From Balanoglossus misakiensis (lineage: Eukaryota; Animalia; Hemichordata), in the NCBI GenBank assembly GCA_040954595.2, contig CM082598.2, forward strand, positions 744,001 through 808,000: a stretch of 64,000 nt of DNA, read 5' to 3'. This document shows positions 24,001 to 53,522 of the stretch, one piece after another. Both the position numbers and the translations under genes were made by a program. The notes under the pieces were generated by a model that was not told where the DNA came from, did not search any database, and was given only the letters and a program-made list of their open reading frames with translations. The stretch's first letter is position 1. Each line of letters starts with the position of its first letter.

Positions 24001-27000
24001 TCATCTTGCATCCTCATTCATTTGATCATGTGACCTCGTCATGTGCTTGTAGTCAAGATGAGACCAGTGTCCTTTATACTTCAAACAAATAAACATCTTC
24101 ACATCTTTCAGTAAAAAGCATTTTATCAATCATGTGAATGGAAAATAAAACTCAAAGCCAGCCTTGGGTAAGGCACAAACTTCAACTGAAGGAAAGATGA
24201 AGTGGTGGGGGGGGGGGGGGGGTCCTCCTAGACTGATTGCAGAAGTCTATAATGGTGTACATGTATATGTATACAGTTTTTGTTTTATGTCTAAGTCTTC
24301 AAAGGCAAGTGATAATATCGTTATACAGCATGTGGTTATTGAAATATCTACAATACAGCTTTATTAATAGTTTAAGTCAAAAGTGGGATCATAGGTTATG
24401 CTTGCCCTGACATAGCAAGTAACAAAAGCTGGTTAACCTGTATTGATCAGATAACTTAGTAACATATGGATAGTTAGTGTAATTATCAGTCTGACATATG
24501 GTACTTGATGGGTTACATATATATCCAAATTGTGATGTTGGTCTGCCCTGGAGGTCACATGACTGTATTGTTGCCTTTGATATTGTGTTCTGTGTATTTC
24601 TAGTTTGTTTCAAGTCATCCATAGTAGTCATATTTTCAGGGGTATTCATTATGTACCAATTGTGGTGGATTATAAATGTGATAACGGAAAACTGAGTATG
24701 TCTCATCAATCATTGCAACTCTTTTATTACAAGTCAATTATCATTTAGCTTTATAGACTAAGGGAAAAATTGAATATGAATATCATGAGTCGCTGGAGTA
24801 TGTCAATGCAACTGTTCTGTCAGATTTCTATTATTGCTATGATATGCCCTAAGGCTAGGCAAAATAATGATATTAGTGGCAAGGCACCAACCTGCTACAT
24901 TGTAGCAGATTGATGCTACTGTACAGCCATTCTTGTCAGGTCAAAGGTTATTAAATATAGCAAGGTGTAAGGTCACAGAAGAGAATCATTTGTTCCTGTT
25001 AGGATGTGTAATCAGTTAGTCATGGTTAAGTCAGCTACTTTATTTGTACCATATCTGGCCTCTTGCCATCAATTTTAAATAGGTCGTTGCAAATGCGGGT
25101 TAGTGATTTTGGCCTTTACCTTACTTAAAGGGACAAAGTCTCTCTCTCGCTACTCTTTTCCATGTTTGATTCAAGACACCGTTGATGTTAATATACATAC
25201 TGTGTATATGTAGTGAATGAACGTTCAACCACACACAACTTCCATCCCGCTTGCATGATATGAGAGTAAAAACTCGCCCAAAATGAATAAATGGTAGAGA
25301 CCGATTATTCATGTTGGCGAGTTTTTTTCACTCTTGATTTGCTACTTCTACTTTTTCTCTGACATCACAAACTAATCCCTAGCCATCACAGGTTATAGAA
25401 TACAAATCCTAGCAGTTTATAGGTTTTGAGATTAATCTCTAGCAAGAAAGTTATACTTCAATATAGTCAGTAAATCCTCAACATCGGCTATCCCTTATCA
25501 CTCTAGGCTACTAGTCTAGGTTACAAAATACGAATCCCAGCAGGTCATAGATTAGATATATTCATGTAATTCTGAAAAAATATTTTATATCAATATTATC
25601 AAGCTTAATTAATCTGCTGGAGATTAAACAACTCTTGCCGACCTTGGCGAGACAGATTTGTAGAATATTAACTCTAGCAATGACTGGTCTTGTCTCAGGA
25701 GGAGTCAACTTGCTTCTTGTAATTCCCAATCGGTTAAGCTCGCCTTTTTTCGGATTTTACAGATAATCATGATAGCAGGACTTAGGGATAAATCTCAGGC
25801 AAATTGTACAAACTGCTTTGATGGTGATGATTTGATGTTTCTATGGTTGCAGGGTTTATAGATTTGTTGTGCTATGGAAACAGTACCTTGTTATTTGCGT
25901 TAATCTAGCTGTAAAATGCTACTTTTTGTTTCTTTAATGGCGAAAGTATATAAGTGTATGAAATGAATAAATGTACTGGTAGTTAGTTAAGGTAGGTCTT
26001 TTCAGCGAACCTGGCGAGTTAAGTACATGTAGGTCAATTTGTAAGTGGGACTAGGAGCTACCCAGGTAGAAAGTTTAAAAATAAGACTGTTCAGGAAGTG
26101 ACTGAAAACATTTTACTGTAATTGACCCCTTTAGAAAATCTCCACATCATCTGATGGACTATAGGGGCTTTCATCCAAACGTTTGTTTTGCCGTTCATAT
26201 AGACTTGGTGATATTCAAGCTTCGGGGATCTTGCACCCCTGGAAAATGGCCCGGAATTTGAAACCTGTCCTGGAAAGTGCTGAAATCCCGGAAAAATGAA
26301 ATCTAGCCGTGGGTGGTCTAGTGACATTTGTGACAGTTCGCAATATGCTGTATCGTACAAATTTTCAGTCCCAGTGGTATTGAAATTATATTACTTGGAA
26401 ATGAATAAGAAGTTAGATGGTTCAATTTCAGAGAAATCTGCCATTTTTCAAACCATATTTCTCATGGTTCTCACAGGAGCATGGTGATTGGTCAAACAAA
26501 CAGCGTTCCCACAATTCCCTAGTGGAGTTTGGGATCTCGGAAAATATTGCCATGACTACTGAAACAGTGCAAAGAATTATGATAGATGTTTCCTTATGAA
26601 CTCTTATATGGATTTGAAGTTAATAATTTCACATGGGAATCTGATAGCACTTGGAACTGTTCCCAACTGGGGGAGATGTGAGATTGATGACTTGTACAGT
26701 CAAGGCCACTCAACTTTAATGGGTCATTGAGTCGGGGACCTATGGTATTTGTTAGTCAAAATTCATCATCGAGAAAAAGAGAAAATTAAATGGTAAGAAC
26801 ATTAAAAATACAGAAGGTTTAACAGCTGAAGACATTAGTCAGTGGTTGAGTCCAGTGGAGGTCATCCTGGAAATAGGAGATGTCATCAATATTATGGAAT
26901 CTTTGGAATGTGCGTAGATGGAAAAAGCTTGTTCCCAGCCTGGTTTATTGTGGCCCTGTTCTCAGTGGTATATCTCAAAGTAAATCTCATGTGAACGGTT

Positions 27001-28200
27001 AAAGTTGTTCTGTCTTCTTTTCTTTCCATGGGAACTGGTTGTCATGATCATAGACAGTCCAAGTTGTCTGTTGGATGTTACAATGATATCACCAGAATGA
27101 AAATTGAAAATTATAATTACGCTATAAGACTAAAGTCTGTAATATTTGATTTAGTGCTTCTTTGCCTATAACATGAAAACAGTTTTGACCGAATACAAAT
27201 TGAAATTTACTCTCTAAGTTTATTATAACCATGATAATTAGCTTTTGTTTCATAGCATTTTAGTGCATTGTATGACTAGCTCAGATTTTGTGATTGCGTA
27301 TGAGTACATATAAAGAGTTTTTTGTTTAATCAGTGCTCTATAGTTATTACCAGTGAAAAATAATAGTCCTTTGTATTCAGATCAAGACAATGCAAACATC
27401 GTGACAGCATGTTCTTGATTAGGTTCAAATGAGTCCCACTTATTTACTTCCTGGGACTGCCTGGTAATTTTCCGGGGAAAGCCTTTCTTATACTTTCCCG
27501 TGAAGGTATCAATTTTTCAAGCTATTCCTAATTTGTTCATGCAGGTATTTTCACTTAAGCCCGCGATTTGCGTCTCTTAGCTGGCTGTGATTCAACGCCT
27601 GTAGGCTGTGATGCACGAGGCTTCGGCCATCTTGGTTCAGTTTGCAGTCTTTATATTTTGACAGAAAAAGTGGCATTAGTCAATAATAACAACAACATTG
27701 TTCATTACACAGTTGAGTGTTTTGCATGAAAGATACAAACACTAATAGTTAGACAGGTGTAATACTGGCAAGGGTGTCTCGAATTCTCTGAATTCAAACA
27801 ACATGGTTTGAAAATGTGATGTAGATCTTATCATCTCTCACCTGTTGATCTCATAGGATATTTATGAATGAGTTGGAATTGTCTGGACAGGTTGTCTGTA
27901 GGTCAGAGGTTATTCTCAGAGTTAAACTCGTGCACACCATAAATTTTAAAAATCCTTAGCTGTTTGATACTACATGTACATGTAGTACATGAATTTACTT
28001 TTCTGTGAATATGTGAAAATTTAATGTCAAGGATTCCCTTACATGATTATTACAAGTACATGTATGCCTTTACATTCAACATTTTCATCTGCCCCAGAAA
28101 CCTGTTGTTACTATGGAGATGTTGCAATACATTTTAATAACTCCAATAAATATTTTGTTTTCAATTTTTAGGGCTACTTAAGTGCATGATCTTCAGCACC

Positions 28201-43407
<15,207 letters not shown>

Positions 43408-45597
43408 AAGTAACTAGAAATGTAGTTCCTACTTACCTTCGAAACTGGTCAAAGATTTGATACATTATCATAAAAAATAGCCACAGTGCCAAGTTTGTGT
43501 TTCATATTAAAAAGTCCTGCACTATAAATTTACTTGGTAATTTCTGTCAAAGGTGTTTATAATATGTGATATTCTGTAGTTATACCATAGACAGTAGATG
43601 AAATAACTGTTTGCTCCAAAATGTAGTCTATCCAGCCACAGATACTAAACTGTTTTCAACAGAAATACTGAGCAGTAGACATAGTGGTTGTCATGGTGAA
43701 TTGATCTCAACCAATCAGAAACAAGTGGGTTGTGTCCATGACGACCGAAAATTTGCTTGTGAATAAGATGCATTTAAATTGTCATACATCACTTCTGTCA
43801 ATGAAAGCCTCAGGAATTACATTTTTTTTCTAAAATACTGGAATGTTTTGGTGCTTGCATGCTGGGACAACTTAATGTATCAAATCTTTGAACAATGAAA
43901 GGTGAAAAGGTCATGTGACCTTAGAAACCACCATTTTGTAAGTGCCAATAACAAAGAAATGCCTTATGTCAACAAAGTGGCAAAACAAATCTATTTTCTG
44001 AACAGAAAAAGTATTTTGAAAGCAATAGTGATAAAAAGGATTAGATATTTTGACAATTTTTTTGATGAAACATGATTGATTTTATAAAGTAGTAGCCATG
44101 GAAATAATTTGTATTTTATATGACCCTCTTTCTAGCTGCAAATATTGTAATGTACTTTTTTCCAGTTTGATAAACCATATCTAATATTTTTTGTTCCCCC
44201 CCCCCTTCTTTCCCTTTAGTGTAGCAGCCATGTTTTTGCAAAGCATTGTGGGTGTTGTGTTCAAATCAGTCAGATTTTTAACTATTACTTATATTTTGTA
44301 TTTTTACCCGATGTTTGAAATTTGGCAACTGCACTTAATATATTCAGCATGCCTTCATCATTTCCTAAGAAAAGCCAAAACGTTTCTAATCCTTCATATT
44401 CACAAGTCACATGCAAGTAATTATAAATTTACGATTCATAATTCATGCTAATAAGGAAAATCTGATCACACCATTAGCAATGTTGGACGATTTGGGCAGT
44501 TGCACTAACTTACTCTGTTTTTTATCCTTCTAGTTGTACACAGACGTTAACTGTTTCTGACATGCCACATCTATGTCAAAGCCAAGTTTCAGTTTCTTCC
44601 AAAATCATGGACATCAGTAGTGCCTGCCTTGTATATTACTAGGCCAAAGAAACTTGTGTGTTTCCAATAACTTATCCTAATTTTTACCTACCGACCCTAA
44701 ACTTTTGTACACCTTTGAAATGCGTAACTTATATGAAAAACAAATGTACTTTGTTTGACAAGCATGTTATAGGAACCACACAATTTCTTTTTGTCTAAGC
44801 GTGACCTTTACATCCTTGCATTTTGTTGGTGTGAGTTCAAAATCTGGAACAGCCAATCATCTCAGAATACTAATTTGCATAAAAGGTCACTCAGGGGTCA
44901 TGGAAGTGGCTTATCTATAAATTTGTACGCGAGCTGGTCCTCATAGTTGTAGATTGCCTGGATGTAAAGGTACATAACTTTAACATAACTTTGGTGACTT
45001 TCTTCCAAGTACAGAACATAGGAATACTTCAATCACAACGCCTCGGATTGACAGAAAATTCTAAAGTGACAAAGTCTGCCGACTACATGTAAGAAAAAAA
45101 TATTTCCTAAACTTGTACCTTTCTGAAGTGCCTGTATATATAGTCCATCCATTTTTTTAACAAAAAGCAAATGAGAAAACTCTGTTTTAGCCTTTTTTTA
45201 AAAACTAAGTCAAAATGAATCATGGCAATCTGAAATGACAGAAATCAGGGAACGTGGCAGTGGTTACTTTGATACAGTGTAACTCTTTGATTAGCCAATC
45301 ATAGACTATTTAAATCCATTGTGACTTCAAGTAGTTTGTTAATTTGAATAGTATCTATACATGTAGGCATGCATATATCAGTTACATGACCTATGACTAT
45401 ACGACTTATAATAGCAAAGTTTTTTATATTGTCTAAATCATACATATCTAACACTTGCAACCCTATCCAGCAATCTTAAGCCTTACCAGAACTTCATCCA
45501 AAGTCAATTGATGTGCCTTGATTTCTACTGTCCAACAAAAAACTAAAACACTCTGTAAATGTTCACAGATTTGGCAGCTTTAGAGATATTCTGTAAC

Positions 45598-45603
45598 AAT
45601 AAA
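45598..45603 (+). terminator. Candidate TEAD polyadenylation signal (AATAAA), implying a 3' UTR of about 2.2 kb
   Basis: AATAAA followed by ATTAAA and a GU/U-rich tract, just before the convergent YEATS2 3' end. Confidence 0.45.
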
Positions 45604-45806
45604 GTAAAATTAAAAATATTTACACATGCTTGATGTCTGCTTTTGTTCTGCTGGCTACCAAGGCACCCATTATTTCCGGGAACATCACCCTATACCTCAA
45701 ACAATCTTAGTGTCTTAAAGGTATACGGTCACACTGGAAATCTGTGATTGACTAGATTGCAATTTTGCCATGGTAAATATGGCTAATTTTACATAGGTGA
45801 CCGCAC

Positions 45807-45916
45807 AATCTGATTAAAATCAGATGTAGGGAAGTACATCTGATTTTAATCAGATTGGGAACTACATCTGATTTTAATCAGATTGGGAACTACATCTGAT
45901 TTTAATCAGATTGGGA
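45807..45916. repeat. Inverted plus tandem 28-bp palindromic repeat between the convergent TEAD and YEATS2 3' ends
   Basis: One inverted unit CAATCTGATTAAAATCAGATGTA followed by three copies of TACATCTGATTTTAATCAGATTGGGAA. Confidence 0.9.
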
Positions 45917-46041
45917 AAACACTTGTACTGAAATTCACAAAGTAACAGATTGAAAACAGTGAAATACATGTCTTGATATTTTAATAACACAATATTAAGT
46001 TTTATATTCCATGGCCAGTGGTAGTATCTTCACCAGATAGA

Positions 46042-49000
46042 CTATATTTCCTCCATCTCCATGGCAACATCCCCAAGATGTTTATTTGTCAGGAAACTGT
46101 ATTTTGGTTGGTTCAAGGTGGCTTGGTAGATATGGGTTGGTAGGATTTCCCCAGGACATCTGTTAGGAGAAAATAAGTTTGTAAATAAAGCATGTTTGTA
46201 AACGTACGCTTTTCTGTCTAAAAATAAACATGAAACACAAATAATTGTTTACTCCTTTGAACTTTACCTGTTGTCTGTTCGATTGCCATGGGCAACAGCT
46301 TGTGCATCTCTCATCAGGTCATTCATAAATTCTACCATTGCCTGAAAAAACAAAACTTGTTTACCATTGTTTGTGGTGTAAAAAAATTCATGGCAGGCTA
46401 GGAAATTCCCCAGAATTCTTTGCAATAATCTTTGCCATGTTTAGAATCATGCATGCTCCCAAAAATTTAAGAATACTTACAGAAAGCAGCATTTCTTCTG
46501 TAACGGGTGCATAAGTATCTTTTGTAACCTCTATGGGAGGTAATTTCACGCCAATCTGTGAAATAAAACAAATTCTATGGCATTAAACTACCAGTATACT
46601 GTGTACTGCAGTATATAGTCTCGGTTACCCAGAAGCCTCTGCTTCTTCCTTTTCATGATGGTTGTTGCAGCCTCAAACATAAAAACAAAACATGCTGAGA
46701 AGTGCTAGACCTGCTAAAATTGTCTATAAATTGAAAAGAGAGAGAGAAGTGTGGTAAATAGTTTTCAAATATGGCCATATCATAATATCAAATGTTATAA
46801 ATGTCGACCATCATGCACCGCTGTGGTCTCAAGTCGGCCATCTTTGCCCGGAGAGGTTTCTACATGGTTTCCCCAGACCCTCTTTCTGGAGTGCCCAACG
46901 GAAGAAGCAGAGGGACTATGCAGTATACTGAACAGTATTACGTTCCCCTATATCTGAGCTTTCAGAAAATTCAGTCTATAGGGGTTTTCGGGCTTTGATG
47001 ATTGACACAAGCTACGATCTCTGAAAGCTACTGTGATTCAGCGTTCAGCTGACAAGCAACTCACCTCTCGACAAGCATTGTTCACAAACTCAGCGTGCGG
47101 TGTAGAAGGTAAGTACATCTGGACTGGTCCACTACTCTGTTCCACTTCTTGTTTTATCGTTATTTTATTTTCCGGGATATTCACCACATCCACCTCCATT
47201 TCTGCAGAGCCCTGTTGTAGTGTCGCCTGGATTTGCTCAGTGTTTTCCAGTAGTGTCTCACATGTTGTGAAGCTGGTTTCCGATAACCATCCTATTAAGC
47301 ATACAATAATATTTCAACCATTAATATCACTATCAATCATAATGTTGAGCTTTCTAACATAATAAACCTTCCTATAATTACAACAGTAAGACTTGCAATC
47401 ACGTGTACAGAGTTGATAATGTGACAATCTTCATAAACTCCTTTTTAAATTTCCACTAAAGCAATAAAATCTGTGCAAAAGAAAAAAGTAACGACTTACC
47501 ATTATCAGTCAGTAGATTTTGTTTACAGGTGTGATCTTCACTGTCTACTTCATCATCAGCATCTTCGCTCTCATCTTCTGCATCATTACTCTCATCACCA
47601 TCATCGTCGTCGTCATCACAACCATCACCAATTTCCATCTCTTTCTCCAAACGCTCCGTTATCTCTTCAGGATCACTTATCCTTTTCTCCGATTTGACCT
47701 CGCCACAAATCTCACAAAACACTCTTTGAATATCAGCTGTGGATGACACAGTGTTTCCATGTTACTCATCGTTGTTAGGGGCAACGCAACTCATCCATAA
47801 TCTGAGCTGTGATTCGCTAATGTGCAGTCACAAGGTGGGGGGGGGGGGGGCAACAGGTCTGAAAACTGTTGCCTTGCTAAGTACACATTGTAAACCCTGC
47901 TGCTGCATTTTTATCATTTTCATACATTTTTTTCTGTCTTTTAAACTTCTCACTTAGAGTGACACATCAATAATTAAATCAAACATGGAACACTGCATTT
48001 TCTGTCTGTATGCAAATGAAACAAGCAAAACCCATCATGAAATTCTCATCGATAAATAAAAGTTGCTATAGTTTATCTTACCTTTATCTGACACACTGTA
48101 ACCATGTCTTCTGCACCATACCATAATCCGTTTCACACTCCACGCATCAGTTTCTGGCCATTTCCCAGACAATTTGATAATTTCTAGGATTATCTTTCTG
48201 ACTTTTGCAGCTCTCTGCCATTCTGCGGATCTCTGTTTGCCAACAGACCATCCTCCATATTGTTCCAATGAAGTCGCACAGTACGGGGACTCATGTTGAA
48301 CTGAAGGAAAGAATATCAAATTGACAAATTAACGGTAGGAACTTATAAACCAATTAATTACCTATTTTATATAAACACGTAATTTCACTGGTAACATTAG
48401 CAGGCTGCCGTTCTTAATGAAAGAAGAGACCAAACAGAAACATGTAATGAATAAATTAACAAATCAGCACTAAAATAAAAAGATAGTACATGTATAATAT
48501 GTTTAAATAAAAATTCTTACCTCTGTCTTTCTTAATCAGTGGATTCCTTTTGACAAGATAGCTCACTAATTCTTCCATGGATGAAATCTTATCAATGCTG
48601 AAAAGTCAAATAAGAAAACATGAGTTATAAGTTGCTAACGACTTTAAGTTGTGCATTTGTCGCCAACGTTTGAAAATTTTCCTGTGGCTACACTTTTACA
48701 TAAGTTGCTTTTCATTTCAAATCATGGTATCACAGCTAATAGGGCTTTAACATTCTTACTGATAATCTACAATGTGTAGCTCTGTGTTACCCACCTGATT
48801 GCTGTAGTTGTAGCTAGGCAACCAACTTCAAGCTTTCTTTCCGCAATGTTGACTGGTAATCTTGGACCAATCAGGGTCGTTGTTGGCTTGGTTGTCCTGG
48901 CAACCTTGGCAGTGGGTACATTCAGCAGGGATATCTTGGAAGCTCCTGTCTGTTCACTTGTCTGGATGGCCGATGATACAGGTCTGAGGAATGGCGCTGG

Positions 49001-52000
49001 TTTGGTAAGTTTTATCAACTGTGGAGTCGTTTTTCTCTCAGTGTTATCACTTTCCGCAGATTTCGTTGTCACTGGTTTGATAGTGTGTACCACTGGTTTG
49101 GTTAGCACTAGTTTAGTAGCAACGGGTTTGCTACCCGATGTAGCAACAATACTCCTGGCTACAACGTTAGGAATAATACTTGCCCCGGTTGCAGACGGCG
49201 TGATGTGTTTTATCATGGTAGTGGCACCGCCAATCACAGCTGTCGATCCCTGGTTATCAATATTTATCGTTGTTGTTGGCTGGTTACCAATAGTCATTGC
49301 TGTTGTTGGCTGGTTAGCAGTGGTAATAGATGTCTTTGGCTGGTTGCCGGTGCTTATAGCTGCTGTTGCTTGGTTCGTGAGACTGATAGCAGTTTTCGGG
49401 ATGAGTGATGTTGGTGATTGTGTAGACATAGCTATGGTGCCAAGATTTGCTGGAAGTCCACTGGCAGGAGTCAATTGAACTGTTGTTCTTGTAACAGCTG
49501 GTGGAGAAGCAATTGTCCTCTGAGATCCACTCGCTACAGTTTTAGTTGTGACTGTCTGTGGCTTGGATACCGGAATGGTCTGCTGGATTTGCACGATACT
49601 GCCGGGCTGGATTCCAGGAATATTGGCTCCTTGTGGTATCAAGATGACATTCCCAGGTGGTATTGGGAACGCTCCTCGAACCTGAACAGTTTGACCTCTG
49701 CCTGCAGCTGCCTGACCTCTCACCTGTTGACTTTGAACTTTGCCCTGTGGTACTGGTGTAGCTATTCTTTGGATTCCTGTAGTTGTTTTCCCGGTTACAA
49801 TCTGACTCGGAGCTGCTAGTCTCTGTATCTGTGTGGTACTTCCGCGAGGTCTGACAGGTTGAGCTGTGATTTGCTGTGCGACTGGTGCGACTAAACGTTG
49901 TCCAGTGGCCTGCACAAGAGCTTGGTGAGGTATTAAAATCATCTTGCCTTGTAAATTAGGATCTGTTGACTTTGCTGCTATGAAATACTGAGTCCCCATG
50001 GCAACACCTGGTGCGGCCATGGTAACACCTGTCGGCATGGCAATAGCTGTAGGCATGGCAACTTGAGGCCTTGGTTGCGGTGACTGGATGATGGTTGCTT
50101 GACTTTTGACATTAGATGTTGGTGATGTCACTTCCATTTTGATGCCGGGTCTTGTTGGCGTGGCGACAGTACTTCGAGGTAAAGATAAACCAGGCGTAAG
50201 TTTGACTACTGGTGAACTCTGTGGTGGTTGTTGAGAAATTACAATGTTTTCACTTTTTGTGGTCGGAATATTTCCAGGTGACAACAAACTGCAACCTACA
50301 GTCTGTCCTGACATTTCCACTTTGCCCTGATTGATTCGAACCTTGGTTGTCATGCCACCGGTTGCTGTGGTAACAGGTAGGCTGCTTGTTGTTGGAGTTG
50401 TTTGGGATGACAGCATGACAAAGCTTCCTGGAGAGCTGACGGATTTTACAGGGTTGATCTTAGCTTGTTGTGTCTGTGTAATATTTAACTTTGGTTGTGG
50501 TAATGGTGTTACACCACTGAGATTAGTCTTGGCAGTTGTTGTAACAGCAGCAGTAACACTAACACTGTTTGAATTATTCTTGGAAGAGCTGATTGGACCC
50601 AATGGTGGCATTGACAATGTTCCAGTTGATGTGGTTACCATGGATGTTGTTGTCTTGGGAACAACCTTTGACCCATTTTGTCCTGCTGTATTCACAGACT
50701 CGTTTAAGCTTGACGGTTGTACCTTAGATCCAGGGGTTTTGATCTTAGGGCTGCAAAGTTGTTGTGCGGCTGCAATCCTCGCTGCGATTTGCGCTGCAGT
50801 TAGAGGCTGAGATGCAGCAGCATCACTGGAAACATCCTCTGCTTCATCTGTGGACTTTGCACCTTGCGACTGCGAATGCTGAATTGTTGTTTCTTCTATA
50901 CAACTTTCTGTTTTACCTTCTGTGTCATTGGATGGTATGGGCGGTTTCGTGTCAGCGTTGTCTCTTTCCTCTACTGAGTATCTGTCTAGTTCTACGTCCA
51001 CAACCTGAAATTGTAACAATACCATTTAGACATTTTCTTTAATGTCAGGTTCAATGAGGTAATAAATATCATACATGTACATCTAATGATCAAAAATTAA
51101 TGGGTTTTAGCAGAACACTTACTGTTTCAGCTCCAAGAGTTTGCAATCCTGTGTATGTCCTGTCAAGCTGAAATAAGAGTCAAAACAGAAATTAACTGAT
51201 GTGAAAGTTTCACATTTTATGTCAGCATGGCTATACTGACCAAACAGAAATTTGGAAATACTTGTGCAAATATTCAAACTAGTGCAAAGTTTACATAGCT
51301 AGTTAGACATCAAATATGTGCGATTAAAATGTCACTGACCTTCAGATTATGAATGATGTCCACTTTTTTGTTGCGTTGATCAACAAAATGTAGTTGAACT
51401 CTGACTGGAAACTCTCCCCATCCTCTCCTTGTCAAATGAAAAGGTGGCTCACTGAAATGAGAATGAGAAAAATTTATACCGAATGCAAAAATGTAACGTG
51501 ATGTACTGAGGTACATTGTTTCACCTAGCACAAAATTGGTGTGTGATACCAGTGTCTTCACAAATTCTGGGTACCTTTAAATCCAAATTGTTTGTTTTTG
51601 TTTTGTTTGTGTACTTAACCAAAGCATACACAAAATCAGTACAGGTATGATCAATTTAATATGCTTACTTACCTGACTTCAACAAGGTCGTTGGGTCTAT
51701 AACTTGGATGCAAGAAGAACCAAACTTTCTTCACAAAGTGGTCAATACGGGGTTCCTACAGAAATAATAATAAATCATTGATTCATTTATGACACAAAAA
51801 TCTTATTTATCACAAAGATCTTTTCACTGTCACTTTTTGACGAATTATAAGAATGATTGATATTCAAGAGTTTACTGTGAATAACTTTATAGTACAGTAT
51901 TTTTGATACAAAAGGCAAAACGGTCACTTAGGTTGTCTATTTAACAAAGGAAAATACTTTTTAACTGACCTCCAGGGGGCCTCTGACATAAACCATCCAT

Positions 52001-53522
52001 TTATGAGTTGATGGATCATTTTCTTCACGTTTGTCTGGAGCGATGTACCTGAGGAGAAAAATATTTAAAATTGTAAGTAATATGACAGAAATTCATGACC
52101 TCTGCGCACGAGCTGTGCCGTACAGAAGTTATTTTCACAAGTGAATGAAAACAGACGGTAGAATAGTGCTGGCTTGCCAACTGTACATCACCAACTCGGT
52201 AAGAAGTTCACAAATTAAAACTAACTTACTTGGATATGTTGCCGACAACAATTCTTTTCTTGACATGGAATCTTGAAGGTCCTGCAGTGGACGCAGCTAG
52301 AGATTGGGCAGACAGTGTTGTTGGAACAATGCCAAATGTGTCCTGAAATACAGCAAGAAAGCATGAAATATAAAACATCTAGACAGTGCTTAGAGAGAAA
52401 CACAGGCAAAAGGATCAAAGGGAAGTGATCGTCTTATGTCAATGTGCCACACCAGAGACTCTGGTTACAAGTGTGCTGTCCTAACAACAGACAATATGAT
52501 GGTGATCTGTGTCAGAGATCGGGAAAGACGATCGTGGCCAACACAACACAATACAATCTTCCAAGCTACGTAGCACTACATACGTTTCCCTGGTTACGAG
52601 GGCCTTTGGGTCCAGTTGGTTCCGTATCCATGGCATCTTTTGTGTCTATTTCCATGTTTTCATCTTCTGTACTGATGTGCCTTACAACATCCTGTTCCAT
52701 GTCAATGTTTAATGATTCCATGGAGGTGGCCGGTGTGGTCGCTGATGACTGTCCCAGTACTTTTTTAACAGCAGGATGCAGGTCCGATTTCTCATTTATG
52801 ATACCTTGTTTCTGATTCTGACAAATGAAATTACAACAACATGTAACTGGTTTAATCTATTGCACGGTATGTCTTGATTTAGAAATCACACATGTACAAT
52901 ATTGAAATTATGACAGCATGTCCTCTCAAAGTACCAGCTAAAGAAGAAGAGTGAAACCAAGAGAGTTTGTCAATTTGTAAATGCTTACCTCCCCGGTGGT
53001 CTGTTCCCCTGGCATCCCATAATATGTGGCCACCACGCAGGCTCTTAAACGATCCAGCATTGATCGAACTTGGTGAATTCTCTGAGGAAAGTCATAAAAC
53101 AAATGTTTTAATGAAGGTAATACACATCTTGAAAATCAAAGTGTTAAACTTTTGACATAAATATGGGCTATCGTTAACAATTCATAATTCAAAATCCGTC
53201 AGAAATCTTTGTCCTTACCTGATCAATAACCTCGATTTCCTTTTCCTTATTTTTCATTTCAACTACAAACTGTTGTTTGATAATGGTTTCAATTCTCTTC
53301 ACTGTGGCTTCTTTTGCTGCAAGATCAATAAAATATCTCACATTTGGTATCCTAACCATTGATTGCATTCCTTTTAAAAGAAACATATAAATGTCAAAAA
53401 GTGACTTGAAAGAAACATTTTCATGACTTACCACCTTCTTCAATAAGACGTTGACGTTTTCTCGGAGTGCCAGTATCCTGATAATCAGGGTCTTGATCTC
53501 CGACTTGATGCATACTTGCCAT
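46042..53522 (-). CDS. YEATS2: YEATS domain-containing protein 2 (ATAC complex acyl-lysine reader), 17 coding exons, about 1394 aa
   Basis: Exons 53522-53432, 53316-53219, 53081-52989, 52817-52584, 52342-52230, 52048-51970, 51755-51673, 51451-51340, 51167-51123, 51004-48795, 48597-48521, 48300-48082, 47736-47500, 47291-47065, 46555-46481, 46341-46268, 46159-46042 sum to 4185 nt in frame. N-terminus [38 protein letters not shown] domain [56 protein letters not shown]. Then a T/S/Q/P-rich linker, [18 protein letters not shown] and terminal FLTNKHLG. Confidence 0.94.

Noticed and set aside
47750-47955. Alternative upstream acceptor for YEATS2 exon 13
   Set aside because: The required frame hits a stop codon; the acceptor at 47737 keeps the frame.
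48846-51042. Long plus-strand ORFs (210, 133, 159 and 92 aa)
   Set aside because: Antisense shadows of the low-complexity YEATS2 exon.
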